Of a stretch of DNA of 64,000 bases, positions 38,581 through 49,548 are shown one piece after another. The notes beneath the pieces are model-generated. The model saw only the letters and a program-made list of their open reading frames with translations, did not search any database and was not told where the DNA came from. Source of the DNA: Rhina ancylostomus (Eukaryota); NCBI GenBank assembly GCA_030265395.1, contig JARFYF010000052.1, positions 115,350,241 through 115,414,240 of the forward strand. The letters run 5' to 3'. The stretch's first letter is position 1. Each line of letters opens with the position of its first letter. A program made the position numbers and the translations under genes.

Positions 38581-40610
38581 GTCTTAGTACAATTCAATAG
38601 ACCTCAGCCTAGTAGTTAAGTTATACCTCAAGTTATAAAATGCATCAAATGACTCTGCTTGCCTTTCAGTGCACATCTGATTTTGTTGTTCCTCCTGCCA
38701 TACTATGGCATTCTAGATTGAACTGGACAAACAAGATGAATTGCCTTTCTCAATCTGACTGAAAATGGTGTGTAAATTAAATGACTGAATTTGAAACATA
38801 ATTAAAGAAACAGAGGCAAAAAGAGGGGTAAAAATGAACTTAGAAAGAGAAGTATATTTTTGATGCATTCAAGATTTTAAAAATCTCCAAGACAATGACA
38901 CACTAATGGAATGAGTCACCATATTTATAATGGTTAATTTTTAGTCAGGCTGTTCAACAATAATTAATTGTTATTATGACATAATTTGTAGGTGCAGAGT
39001 CTGGAACAGATGAAATTTAACTTATTATAGTAGTTTAGTTCCATAATCGTGTAGCTTCAGTCTTCAATGCACTTTAATAGTGAGCCAGACAGCAAAATGT
39101 CATGAAGGTAATGTGGAAAGTGTATTGGCTCATCTGAAGAGAGCTAGGTTTGGATTCTTGAGTTTCACAGATCAGTTGCTGTACATAAATAACAATCAGT
39201 CTCACTTGAAAAACTGATATAGTTTCATTTAATTGTCATATGAAGGGAGATTTTACAACTTTTTTCTCCTGGCACAAGCTTCATCTGCTGAGAGCGCACA
39301 TTAAGAATTCTATCACCGTTGATTCCTTGAAAATGAACGGACAGAAAATGGTAAGCACTCCTCATCCAAGTCCTTGATATGGTGTCTCACCACATGAAAT
39401 AACCCCAGTGAGAACTTGCTGCGCAAAGGCTGCCAGGCCCTCAGTAGCAAGGCATTGTCATATTGATGGCTGGCTGGCTGAGTTGAGGGATGTGGTGGGG
39501 TGGGATGATGGTTCTGAACAAGCCCTGCTACTAAAACTGGTAAAAGTTTTGACAGTTGACTAAGCCATACCCAAGACTTAGCCAACTGTCAATGCTGTCA
39601 ATATTCTTCAAAAGCTCCGGAACATTTTTGATATTCATTAACATTCAAAAATATTCCAAAACACTTAAAAATTAAATGAACTATTAAAACTTTGAAAAAA
39701 TATTTTAATTCAAAAAGCTATAACCTTAAAATACACAATAAATTAAAACTCTCAAATAAACTCAATCAAATTTTTAAAAATACTAATCCTTACTATCATC
39801 CCTCATAACCATTTTCATCCTTTGTTTGAGTCAATACATTTATAAAAGCTAGGAGAACATTGAGAGAACCAGTAAAAATAAAAACTTCTGTGGGTAACAA
39901 AATATTAGGGCAGGACAACTTTGATGGGTATGTTTCTATCTACCCTGCAGCTGTGATGAATATCCTTGAAAAGTGATGGAAGTGGAGCCAATTTGAAAAT
40001 AACCATATGAAACATCAAAGCTGAAACACTGCACAAGAAGTCCTGAGTAGAAGAATAATAATGGTCAGACAGTGGCTGGAGCTGGCACATGGTTCACAGT
40101 AATGGCAAAGGCTTGTGGTTCCTAATGACCAACCTGACTACGACAACAGACTGAGTGAGTTAACAAACCCAAGGTCACTTTGTACATTTACATTGTAGAA
40201 ATGCAATTATATCATTGGGTTAGTCTGTGGCTTTATTCACTGTATTTATAAATACTTAAAGGCATATTAAAAGAATATTAAATTGCAAACAAATGTCTTA
40301 TTTTAGAAAAGTTGAAAGTAAAGCCACTGTTCTGAGTACAGCATGTGGAGAATTTATTTTAAACACCGGTGTTTATGTATGTACACATGTCACTTTCACA
40401 GCCCTAACTACTGTGGATCTCATTCTAAACCACTTTTTTCCCCAATTACTAATCAAGAAAATCAACAATTTATATTTCAACAACACTCTTTGCATCATTT
40501 CATATCTTCATTGGCAAAATTGTGAAGTGTCATGATTTATATGCATGAATTTATGTTTCAGGGAACTTGGTTTTGTTGGTGTTAACTGAAGAATAGAGCC
40601 AAATATGTTC

Positions 40611-40770
40611 TTTCATCAGGACTGGTTCATCTGTCCTGATGAAGGGTCTCAGCCTGAAATGTCAACTGTTCATTTCCCTCCATAGATGCTACCTGACCTG
40701 CTGAGTTCCTCCAGCAGTTAGTGTTCATTGTTCCAGATTTCCAGCATCTTCAGTCTCTCTTATGTCTCCA
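40611..40770 (+). mobile_element. PLE terminal repeat with short inverted 5' piece
   Basis: GTCCTGATGAAGGGTCTCAGCCTGAAATG..GATGCTACCTGACCTGCTGAGTTCCTCCAGCA..CCAGCATCT is the reverse complement of 26236-26375. Preceded by TTCATCAGGAC, an 11-bp inverted copy. Confidence 0.8.
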
Positions 40771-42039
40771 AGTATGTCCTTATCTGGGGAAATATTGCTT
40801 TATTATCTTTCAAACAGCTAATAAATTGGGGAAAAATAAGCAAAGAGATGGCTGATATTCTGATATTGCTTTTCTGTGCAGTTATTTTATGTGTGCTCCG
40901 TGTCACTCCCAGGTTTGGAACTCATCAAACTGCATTATAAGCTGGAAAATCCCATTTCACCTCTGCTGGGTGATTATGTACAAAACACAATTGGGCAACT
41001 CTGAATTTGTTAATTCACTTTTTCAGCACTTACTTTGATTTTACGTTCTTACCTCTTCTTCCAAATTAAAATTCTAATGCTCTGTATCTCCCTATATCTA
41101 TGAGCCCTGCCTGGGTGTTTGTGGAGACATGTAATGTACTTTTACTATGCTGGCACCAAATATGACCTGAAGCAAGTATTCTTTTACAATGGGAACTGTA
41201 GTTGGGGAGAACTGTAATTTTACATTAAAGAACTTATCAAGGTTTCAATAAACAACACATAAATTACCTTTGTTCATACTAATTAAACTATTGTGGGATT
41301 GTCAGAAGTTCTCAATATATAGCACTAAAGTCAAAACAAACATGCCCTTTACCAATCTTAAACCTTGAATGTAGCATAAATTGGTGTCACCAACTACAAT
41401 TTGCTTTTAGTAAGTTTCTCCATGTTATTCCTGGCTTACAGAGATGTAAAGGTCATATATGAAACCAAGAAATTTATCATAATAAAGATCAGTGCAACAA
41501 GTTCAATGACTGTAAGGATATTTAATTAATGTACAGCATGTGATTTTAGAGGGAGTCTCACTTTGATGCATAAGAAGTTGAAAGCATTCAGTATTTTAGA
41601 AAATGCAGTTGATACATTGAAACCAAATTAAATCTGTGGTTTAATAAGAAAGTCAAGCAAATCTGGAACTATCACATAATCTTCTGCTGTCACTAACCTA
41701 TCTCTCCATACATATTACTTGACATGAGCCATATCCAGACACCAAAACTACTTTCATTTTTTTTTTTGGCACTCTGCTATTGTGGATACACAAAGGAAAG
41801 GTCTTTGAGAATATGGGGCTGATTCTACAGTGTACAATGCCTGAGGAATCATGTACTAGAGAATTTTTAAGTGGTGGAGCTACAAACAATATACTCATTG
41901 ACATACCTCACGTGACCAATTTAATGTGCTTTTGGACACACTGTACAATTTCAGGGCTTTGGTCTCTGTACCTGCTGAGATATTATGCATGTTTGTCCAT
42001 CTTGTCTCTTTCTCTCATTTCTACATTATATTAGCTCAC

Positions 42040-42900
42040 CCTTCTACATTCAGTATCAGCTTTATGTCTATCCCTCTTTACCATTGGTATGTTAGCTATC
42101 TCTATAATATAAATTTGGGTTTGTTAGAATTATTCTGTTGTGCATACATCATTCCATAGTTTGCCCCATGATCTCCTTCCCATGTAGTAGCTTATAATAT
42201 GCATCCAGTGGCATAATATCTTTTTTCCCTTAATTACACTCAAATTTATTCTGTCCCTAACCCTCAACTACATCATTCTTTCCAGTCCCGTAGTGCTGTC
42301 ATTGATCAATCCTGCCAGTTACTCTTCTGCTGTTCCTTCACCATGCTTCCTGAATAATGCAGCCAGGAATATTTGTTTCCAAATTTTTCCTTTTATGAGC
42401 CAGGTCTCTGTAATTATTAAATAACATAACCTCATGCAGCCACTTGTGCCTGCAGTTCATCAATCTTACTTACCATATTGCATGTATTGACATTCATGAG
42501 AAGCTTCGATAGTCATGCATTTGTTCTTGATTTTCTCCCTGCAGTTTCTTAACTCTTCTTTTACTCTTATGCTAGTAGCTTCTTTAAACACCTAATTCCC
42601 ATTCTCTAATGTGACAAACTGGTATCCACTCTCCTACCATTTGTTTAAACCCACCCTGACCACAGTAGGTAATGTTCCTGCAATGTCATTGATCTCAGCT
42701 TACCTGGGATGCAGCCTGTCCTCTTTGAATAGGTCCCTGTTTCTTCAAAAGTCCTCCAGTTAGTCCACAAATCTCTCATTTCCTGATGTAGATTCATCAG
42801 GCAACAAAAGGTAAGTGTTTCCTTTTCCAATATGGAGTCAGGAAGAGCAAGAGCACCTTTCTCAGTCATACACTCTCCTGAGTACCACTAATGATTCATT
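42040..42900 (-). mobile_element. Old CR1 ORF1-esterase / ORF2-endonuclease junction relic
   Basis: Minus strand near 42700-42770 reads RDLFKEDRLHP, like the CR1 ORF1 SGNH-esterase DGLHL motif. An endonuclease-like ITETWL-type segment lies near 42390-42410. Confidence 0.55.
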
Positions 42901-42924
42901 TCTGTTTCTCTTCTCAGCACATAC

Positions 42925-43145
42925 CCAAAGGCTGCCAACAGTGAGATGGATCACCATTAGATTTCTGAATGGTCCATGAACCCATGAACACTATTCCATT
43001 ATAGCTTTTTTTGCACTTTATTTATTTTGCAATTTATAGTCATTTTTATGTCTTTGCACTGTATGGCTGCCACAAAACAACAAATTTCACGACATTTAAG
43101 TCAGGGATAATAATAAACCTGATTAGAATGTGAATTCTGATTCTG
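42925..43145 (+). mobile_element. Rex1/Babar 3' UTR
   Basis: CCATTAGATTTCTGAATGGTCCATGAACCCATGAACACT.. is the reverse complement of 6880-7050. Confidence 0.85.
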
Positions 43146-44744
43146 ATCTGGTGACATGGATATGTATTCTCTGGATGAGTAATAGCGCTGACAGCTCATT
43201 CCAGTTTTTCAGATTAGGTTCAAAGTCAGTCTAGCATTGGCTGGATGTGTTAAGGTGCGGAGAGCAATCCCTGCACCCTGTTGATGCAATACAAATGATT
43301 CAATCCAAATTCCATGGTATCCAAAGTAAGCTCATGTTAAATCATGACATTGCTCACAATTATTCCAGGACCTACAGCCTTACTTTATAATGTATACTGT
43401 TGTTCTCAACCTGGCACTACTGTTTACAAAATTATAATTTATTGGAATATTGTCATAATATTTCTTATGGTAAGTTTGTTTTATAAAATGATAGGGATGT
43501 TTAAGCCAAGTAAGTGAATAAGATTAAAGCCACTGACTTATACTCTTTGAGAATAAGTAGAAGTTTAGTTTTAATCAGAAGTAATCTAGAATTGTGGTGG
43601 TGTTTTATGGATTTAATCCTAAAACTTCTCATTATTTTGTATAAATTGTGAAATGTTATAAACACTCATTAAACTATGTGTTCGATTAATCATATTTGAA
43701 GCTGAGAATACACAGCAAGGTTGCAAATAAGATGAATCTCTCTGGTCCGTATTACTGCAATATGGATGGGTTTTTACTGGTAGACAGACCTCAGTTTTGG
43801 AAATAGTGGGGAGGGAGGACTAGGAGTTTAAGAGAACTTGGGTGGAAAGTTGGAGTTTGGCAGCATTGAGGACCCTTTGATCTGGCATCATTATGGAAGA
43901 GAAACATGAGGTTTGGCAGAGCTGTGAAGGCAGATTTTGAGGTTTGGTTCAACTGGAGTTGGAATGTGAGTTTTTGCTTACTGGAGGATTCCTGGAGTCT
44001 ATCAGTATTGAGAGGGAAGGAAAGGAAATATGGGTCTGATTCCACTGGGTGAGACAACCTCATGTCTGCAGTTAAGGCTTGTGAATTTATAAGGACCTGG
44101 TGTAAACATTAAAATTAATTTTCCAGCTTTTTTCTAGAAATACATCAGTATTTTTACTTTGTACCCAACTCTCAATGTGGATATTGGGCTAAAAGTTCTG
44201 GGAATAGAGAGTATGAATTGTCAGTTTACATTTCATGCAAGTGATATTCATGTTATTTGCTGCATTTGCTTATTTATCACAGCAAGTCTGGTAAATAGCC
44301 TTCAATGTGCAAATGACACACAATCCATCTGCCTAACCCAGGATGGGAAAAAATGAAATTGTGGGGATATATTCCTGCAGTTAATCATTTATGTATGCTG
44401 AAGAGATTTTTAAGATATAAATGTTATTTTTATTCCCTTATTTTTTAATAATCTAATTTTTTCTCACAGTCTAATTCTTCCCTTTTTATGTACTGACTTG
44501 AAAAATTCACTATGTTTCCTTCTGAGTTCTTTAATTGCATTTCTTTCAATTCTGAAATCTCATTGTTTCAGTGGATATACGGTTGGGCCCACCATTCACT
44601 CAGGTCCCTGATACTCTGTAAACCTCACCATTATCAGTCTCCAAAAATAAAACAAAATACTTGCAATTAAAAGAACAGTTGCAGCACAGCACAGAGACAT
44701 TAGCAAAGGGACAGAAATCTGACAACAGCTGTAAACAATTGTTT

Positions 44745-45110
44745 TAAAATAAGAAAATTCAGTGGTGTTCCCCATGGGTTAGAATTAAGGCCATTGCTCT
44801 TTATGATAGCATGGACTTGGTACACCAAGTCTGACACATGAAACACAAAATGTAGCAAACAGAAGAAGATCAATTAATAATTTAAGTACTCAGAAAAGCT
44901 AGTAAAATCGGGAGAAAATGGCAGATACATTCTTTCCTAGAAAAATCTGTTTTGTTCAGAAGAATAAAAGGCAACATCAAATCGATGGCACAATTTTAAT
45001 ATAGGTGGCAGGACAGAAAGAATTGGGTGTGTGTACCCAAAACATTGCAGCTGACAGAATAAGTTAAAAATACTGTTAAAAAGTACTTGGGGTCCATGGC
45101 TTTTATTTAT
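44745..45110 (+). mobile_element. Decayed CR1 RT fragment
   Basis: SGVPHGLELRPLLF resembles the SGVPQGSVLGPLLF RT motif. Confidence 0.55.
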
Positions 45111-46149
45111 TTTTAATTGTTTAGAATCATTTGTACATGGTTTAATTTTTTTATATTTTAATGAAGTTTCAAATTTGTTTCACGATTCTTTTTGTAATTT
45201 TTTTTACATTCTCTGGCACAACCAAATGTGATTTCTACAACTTAGCTGCGTCATGGGGCATACATATTAGGAAATTGTTCTCCCACAGCATTGTGATAAA
45301 CTACTGTGGGGTCCTTATTCAACACAGTTCCAATGAAGCTTTTTACATTTCTAGCCCTGCAGTTTTTTTTATATAAGTTAAACAAAAATTAAAAGAATTT
45401 ACATGAATGTTTTTTAAATGAGTTTGAGAAATAACCAAACAGAAATAAAGGGAAAATATTGGAGCTGTTAGACTACTGAGTATGCAAAGAAATTAAATAT
45501 TCTGTAAGGATCAGAATGGACAAGGTGAATTCCACCAGGAAGATCACATCTGTGAGGGAAAACTGTCAAGTTCAAGTCCTGCTTTAGTAAAAAGGCTTCA
45601 AATAAAAAAGATGAATGAAGTCATCAAGTAGTGCTAAAGGCAATTCGGGATTAAGGTCTTTTAAAATCGTGTTCAAATCTTGTCTGCTTAAATGAAGTTT
45701 TAGCTGCAATTCTGTCAAAGTGGCAATGTTCATGTTGCCTCCCTCCAATAAAAGGAATGAGATAAGAATTATCTAAGCATTACTTCCATTGCAATGCTTT
45801 GACAATTCTTACTTCTTGAAATAAATGCCGAATAATGGAGCAGAGATACTTAAAACAACCAAGTTTGCAAAAGCTGCTGTGGTATTGATGCACAGGGGTT
45901 TGGAAATTTTGCCACAGCCATTTTTACAAATCCAGAGATTAATCTCCAGTTTATGCACCTAAGAGCAAACTATATGAAGCAGCAGCCATCTTGTCAGTGA
46001 GCACAGGAATGGAATTTAGAGGTTGGGGTCAGAGATCAGAGTCGGAGACCAGTGGGTAAACTAGGCAGTCAGAATGAGGGAGAGATTAGAATCTAGGCCA
46101 GTTGGAGGTGATGCAGTGATTTACTACATGTCTTCCAATCCAGTAGACT

Positions 46150-46460
46150 GCATCTGGAGGAATGACCCTGAGCTTTCTGTTGCTTTCTACTTTAATTGTC
46201 CATCCTACCGCTACTCTCACATCTCTGCGGTCTCCTGTACTATTACGTGAGGGCCAATGCAAGCTTGAGGAACAACACCTCACCTGGGAGTATTGCAGCC
46301 TTCTGGGCTCGATATTGAATTCTACAACTTTAAGTAGTTCACTTTCTCTGTCTCAGAACTGGCCACTTCCACCCTAAGTCATCCATGTTAGATTTTGAAT
46401 CAGTGTCTCTCTCTCCATAAGTACAGCCTAATCTACTGTTTCCAGCATTTCCTGCTGTTA
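46150..46460 (+). mobile_element. PLE GIY-YIG C-terminus and terminal repeat relic
   Basis: ORF 46162-46377 contains EGQCKLEEQHL. Followed by TCTCTCTCCATA..TTTCCAGCATTTCCTG terminal-repeat sequence. Confidence 0.7.
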
Positions 46461-47369
46461 TATCTCTTTTTTATGTAGGGATGTAAAGAAATGCCCTGAT
46501 CCACCTAGCTCCGCATTCAGGGAAATATAGTTCCCAAACTTATCTACAGGTAGTCCAGGAAGTCATGGTGCAGTCTGGCTCAGTACGAAACATTATTGCA
46601 AGTAGGGGCATCAACCATGCATCAGGCCTATTTTTCCATAAGAATAAACACCTTTTCCTTTGTGGGTGGAAGACTGCCTGCAAAGTTAGGAAGGGATAAC
46701 AAAAACTGTTATGTATTTCCCACACAGGAAGCAGGCATTTATCCTAGAAGTGTGTGTGCACTACCTGACTGCCACATTGGACCCATGATAGTTCCCACTG
46801 GAAAATGGAGGCATTTTGGCTGACTTCATAGGCCAACATCTGCAGGTGTCAAGAGGGACAATTCCATATTGCTTCCACTATATTCAAGTGAGGAACGATC
46901 TGATGAGAATACTAACGTGNNNNNNNNNNNNNNNNNNNNNNNNNNNNNNNNNNNNNNNNNNNNNNNNNNNNNNNNNNNNNNNNNNNNNNNNNNNNNNNNN
47001 NNNNNNNNNNNNNNNNNNNNNNNNNNNNNNNNNNNNNNNNNNNNNNNNNNNNNNNNNNNNNNNNNNNNNNNNNNNNNNNNNNNNNNNNNNNNNNNNNNNN
47101 NNNNNNNNNNNNNNNNNNNNNNNNNNNNNNNNNNNNNNNNNNNNNNNNNNNNNNNNNNNNNNNNNNNNNNNNNNNNNNNNNNNNNNNNNNNNNNNNNNNN
47201 NNNNNNNNNNNNNNNNNNNNNNNNNNNNNNNNNNNNNNNNNNNNNNNNNNNNNNNNNNNNNNNNNNNNNNNNNNNNNNNNNNNNNNNNNNNNNNNNNNNN
47301 NNNNNNNNNNNNNNNNNNNNNNNNNNNNNNNNNNNNNNNNNNNNNNNNNNNNNNNNNNNNNNNNNNNNN

Positions 47370-47525
47370 CACTAGTCACAGCCCTCCAATCTGAATGCAC
47401 TCCCTCCACCACAACCCTCTGCTTTCTACAGGCAAGCCAATTCTGAGCCACATGGCCAAGCTTCTCTGGATCCCATGCCCTCTGACCTTCTGAAGAAGCC
47501 TACCATGTGGAACCTTGTCAAATGT
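47370..47525 (-). mobile_element. CR1 RT fragment running into gap
   Basis: FDKVPHGRL..KVRGHGI..QNWLACRKQRVVVEGVHSDWRAVTS. Confidence 0.9.
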
Positions 47526-48671
47526 TTAAACAATATTTTTGAAATGGAACAAAGTAGAAGTTGAATTGACGTAAATTTAGTAATGCACTTATATCACAGC
47601 CACTATTACATTACAGAAAAGGAACAGTACAGGCATGGTTTTGTTCCTATGATTCTGTTTGTAAATCACTGGTTACATTTCAAAGCTCCCAAATGGGTAA
47701 TCTGGTGCCAGAAAACTCCATAAGCACACTTACTGGCCCAGCTGAGATGCCAGTGTCTGGAAACTGGTACCTCATCTTCTATTGCAGCACAAGCAGAAAC
47801 TGCCAAATATTTGAGTGCTGAACTGAAAGCTTAGCTCACTGCCAAGTCAGCCCAAATTGCTGCCGTTGTGGCTATAGATGCCACTATTTGCAGCAATCCA
47901 TCCTCCAACAGAATACATGGAGAGCTTCCTGGAGAGAGGGAATGGATCTGTTGAGTACATACCATTCTCTTTTAGGATGACAGTGCTTATTCCCCTATTT
48001 TTATGATCCCGTCACCCTCTGGCAGACTGCTGACACTCATGCTGAGAAAGCCTCATCCAAATCTAGTTCTCTAAGGCCCACAGATTCTCCAGTTGACTTC
48101 CAAGGGCACATCCAGTCTTCTTCGCAGCCATGTTGCAGTCACTGAGGAAACACAGCAGGGGCCACATGGAAGCCAACTCAAGCATGATCAGTGGTGTACA
48201 ATTCACCATATTTCAATTTCAATTAGGTTTTGAATGTTTATTTAGTTCAATTTTATTTTTTCTCTTGTGGCTAAGTAGAGGCAAAAAGGCCACATGCCAA
48301 CAAAGCATTGAGAGCAGACAGTATACCTGTTGGCATCCCAAAACTTGGCCAAAAAATTCATAAATTCATCTCCCACATCTGGAAAAAGGATATACCAGCT
48401 TTAATATGGCCATCTTCAAGATCGAAGACAAATCTGACTGTGGTAACTGCAGAGTGATGTGCCTGCAGTCTGATACAGGGAAAGTCACTGCAGGAGTTCT
48501 CCTCAACCACCTCCTCCCCCTGGGTGAAGAGCTACTCCGTGAACTGCATGTAGATTCTATCCATCAAGAGCCCCAACGCACATGATTTTCAGTTGAAATC
48601 CCAAAGTACCACCAACACACCAACAGCCAACTATGGCCTTTTTATACCTCATATCAATTGAAAGAGAGTGT

Positions 48672-48834
48672 TGTTACGAATTATGACTATTAGTGAGTGT
48701 TCCTGTAAGATAGTGTGTGTGAGTGTGTGTGTGGCGAGCTTATGTCAACAGAAGATAAAGAACGTCATGCCGTTGTTGTTGAAACAACCAGTCGGAAGTC
48801 AGTCTGAAGGAGAGAGAGGAGAAAGAGACAGAAG

Positions 48835-48873
<39 letters not shown>

Positions 48874-49092
48874 AGCCTGCTTGTTTTCTCTGTCGATGGA
48901 TGAGAAACAATAACNNNNNNNNNNNNNNNNNNNNNNNNNNNNNNNNNNNNNNNNNNNNNNNNNNNNNNNNNNNNNNNNNNNNNNNNNNNNNNNNNNNNNN
49001 NNNNNNNNNNNNNNCATAAGTAGTTATTAATAAAGTAGATTTTAACACTTATACATGTCTCGGTGTGTTTCTGTTGTTGCTGGTTCATAACT
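48672..49092 (+). mobile_element. Solo LTR, probably Gypsy-type
   Basis: Starts TGTTACGAA and ends TTCATAACT (imperfect inverted termini). GTGT TSD at 48668-48671 and 49093-49096, AATAAA near 49027, internal (GT)n and (GA)n. Confidence 0.75.
48838..48870. repeat. (GA)n microsatellite
   Basis: About 16 GA units. Confidence 0.95.
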
Positions 49093-49247
49093 GTGTGGTG
49101 AATCCTTTTCATTTTTTCTGCCTGCAGAAATTCATCTTCACCCTACATTTGCTACATGATGGCATGCAAGCCATGATCTTAACTAATGGGAGCACAACAG
49201 ACCCAATCTCAGTGTAAACTGGTGACGATCAAAACCTGCTTCATGAC

Positions 49248-49548
49248 TCCAGGGACCTGGGTTTAATTCTGATACTGGGCACCACCCATGGAAAGTTTGC
49301 TCTGTGACCATGTGAGTTTTTGCTGGATGACCTGGTTCCCTGCTACATCCCAAGGATTTGGTAGTAGGTTGAGTGGCAACTGGAAATTATCCCTTAGTGT
49401 TGGTATGTTGCCGGTCATGTGAGTGAGAATAGGTTGTAGAACTGCAAGGAAGTAAAACAAAAGAATGAATATTACTGACAAGATTCCTCTGCTGGGAGCA
49501 AGCATGGAGCTGATGGGCTGAATGGCTTCCTTCTGTGTTGTACTGTGG
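49248..49548 (+). mobile_element. Old HE1-like V-SINE with CR1-type tail
   Basis: CCAGGGACCTGGGTTTAATTC B-box region, a degenerate V-core, and tail GATGGGCTGAATGGCTTCCTTCTGTGTTGTA resembling CR1 tails. Confidence 0.7.

Larger units (their letters stand above)
48290..49240 (+). mobile_element. Decayed RTE RT fragment split by an LTR
   Basis: IFKIEDKSDCGNCR..TGKVTAGVLLNHLLPLGEELL before 48670 and QKFIFTLHLLHDGMQAMILTNGSTTDPI after 49120 are consecutive RTE RT motifs. Confidence 0.8.

Noticed and set aside
39279-39350. 72-nt open plus-strand exon candidate (LHLLRAHIKNSITVDSLKMNGQKM) with gtaagc donor
   Set aside because: Weak AAG acceptor, unrecognised peptide, and its 3' half looks like the start of an old repeat.
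43790-44100. G-rich stretch resembling antisense L2 LINE
   Set aside because: No diagnostic motif could be recovered, so left uncalled.
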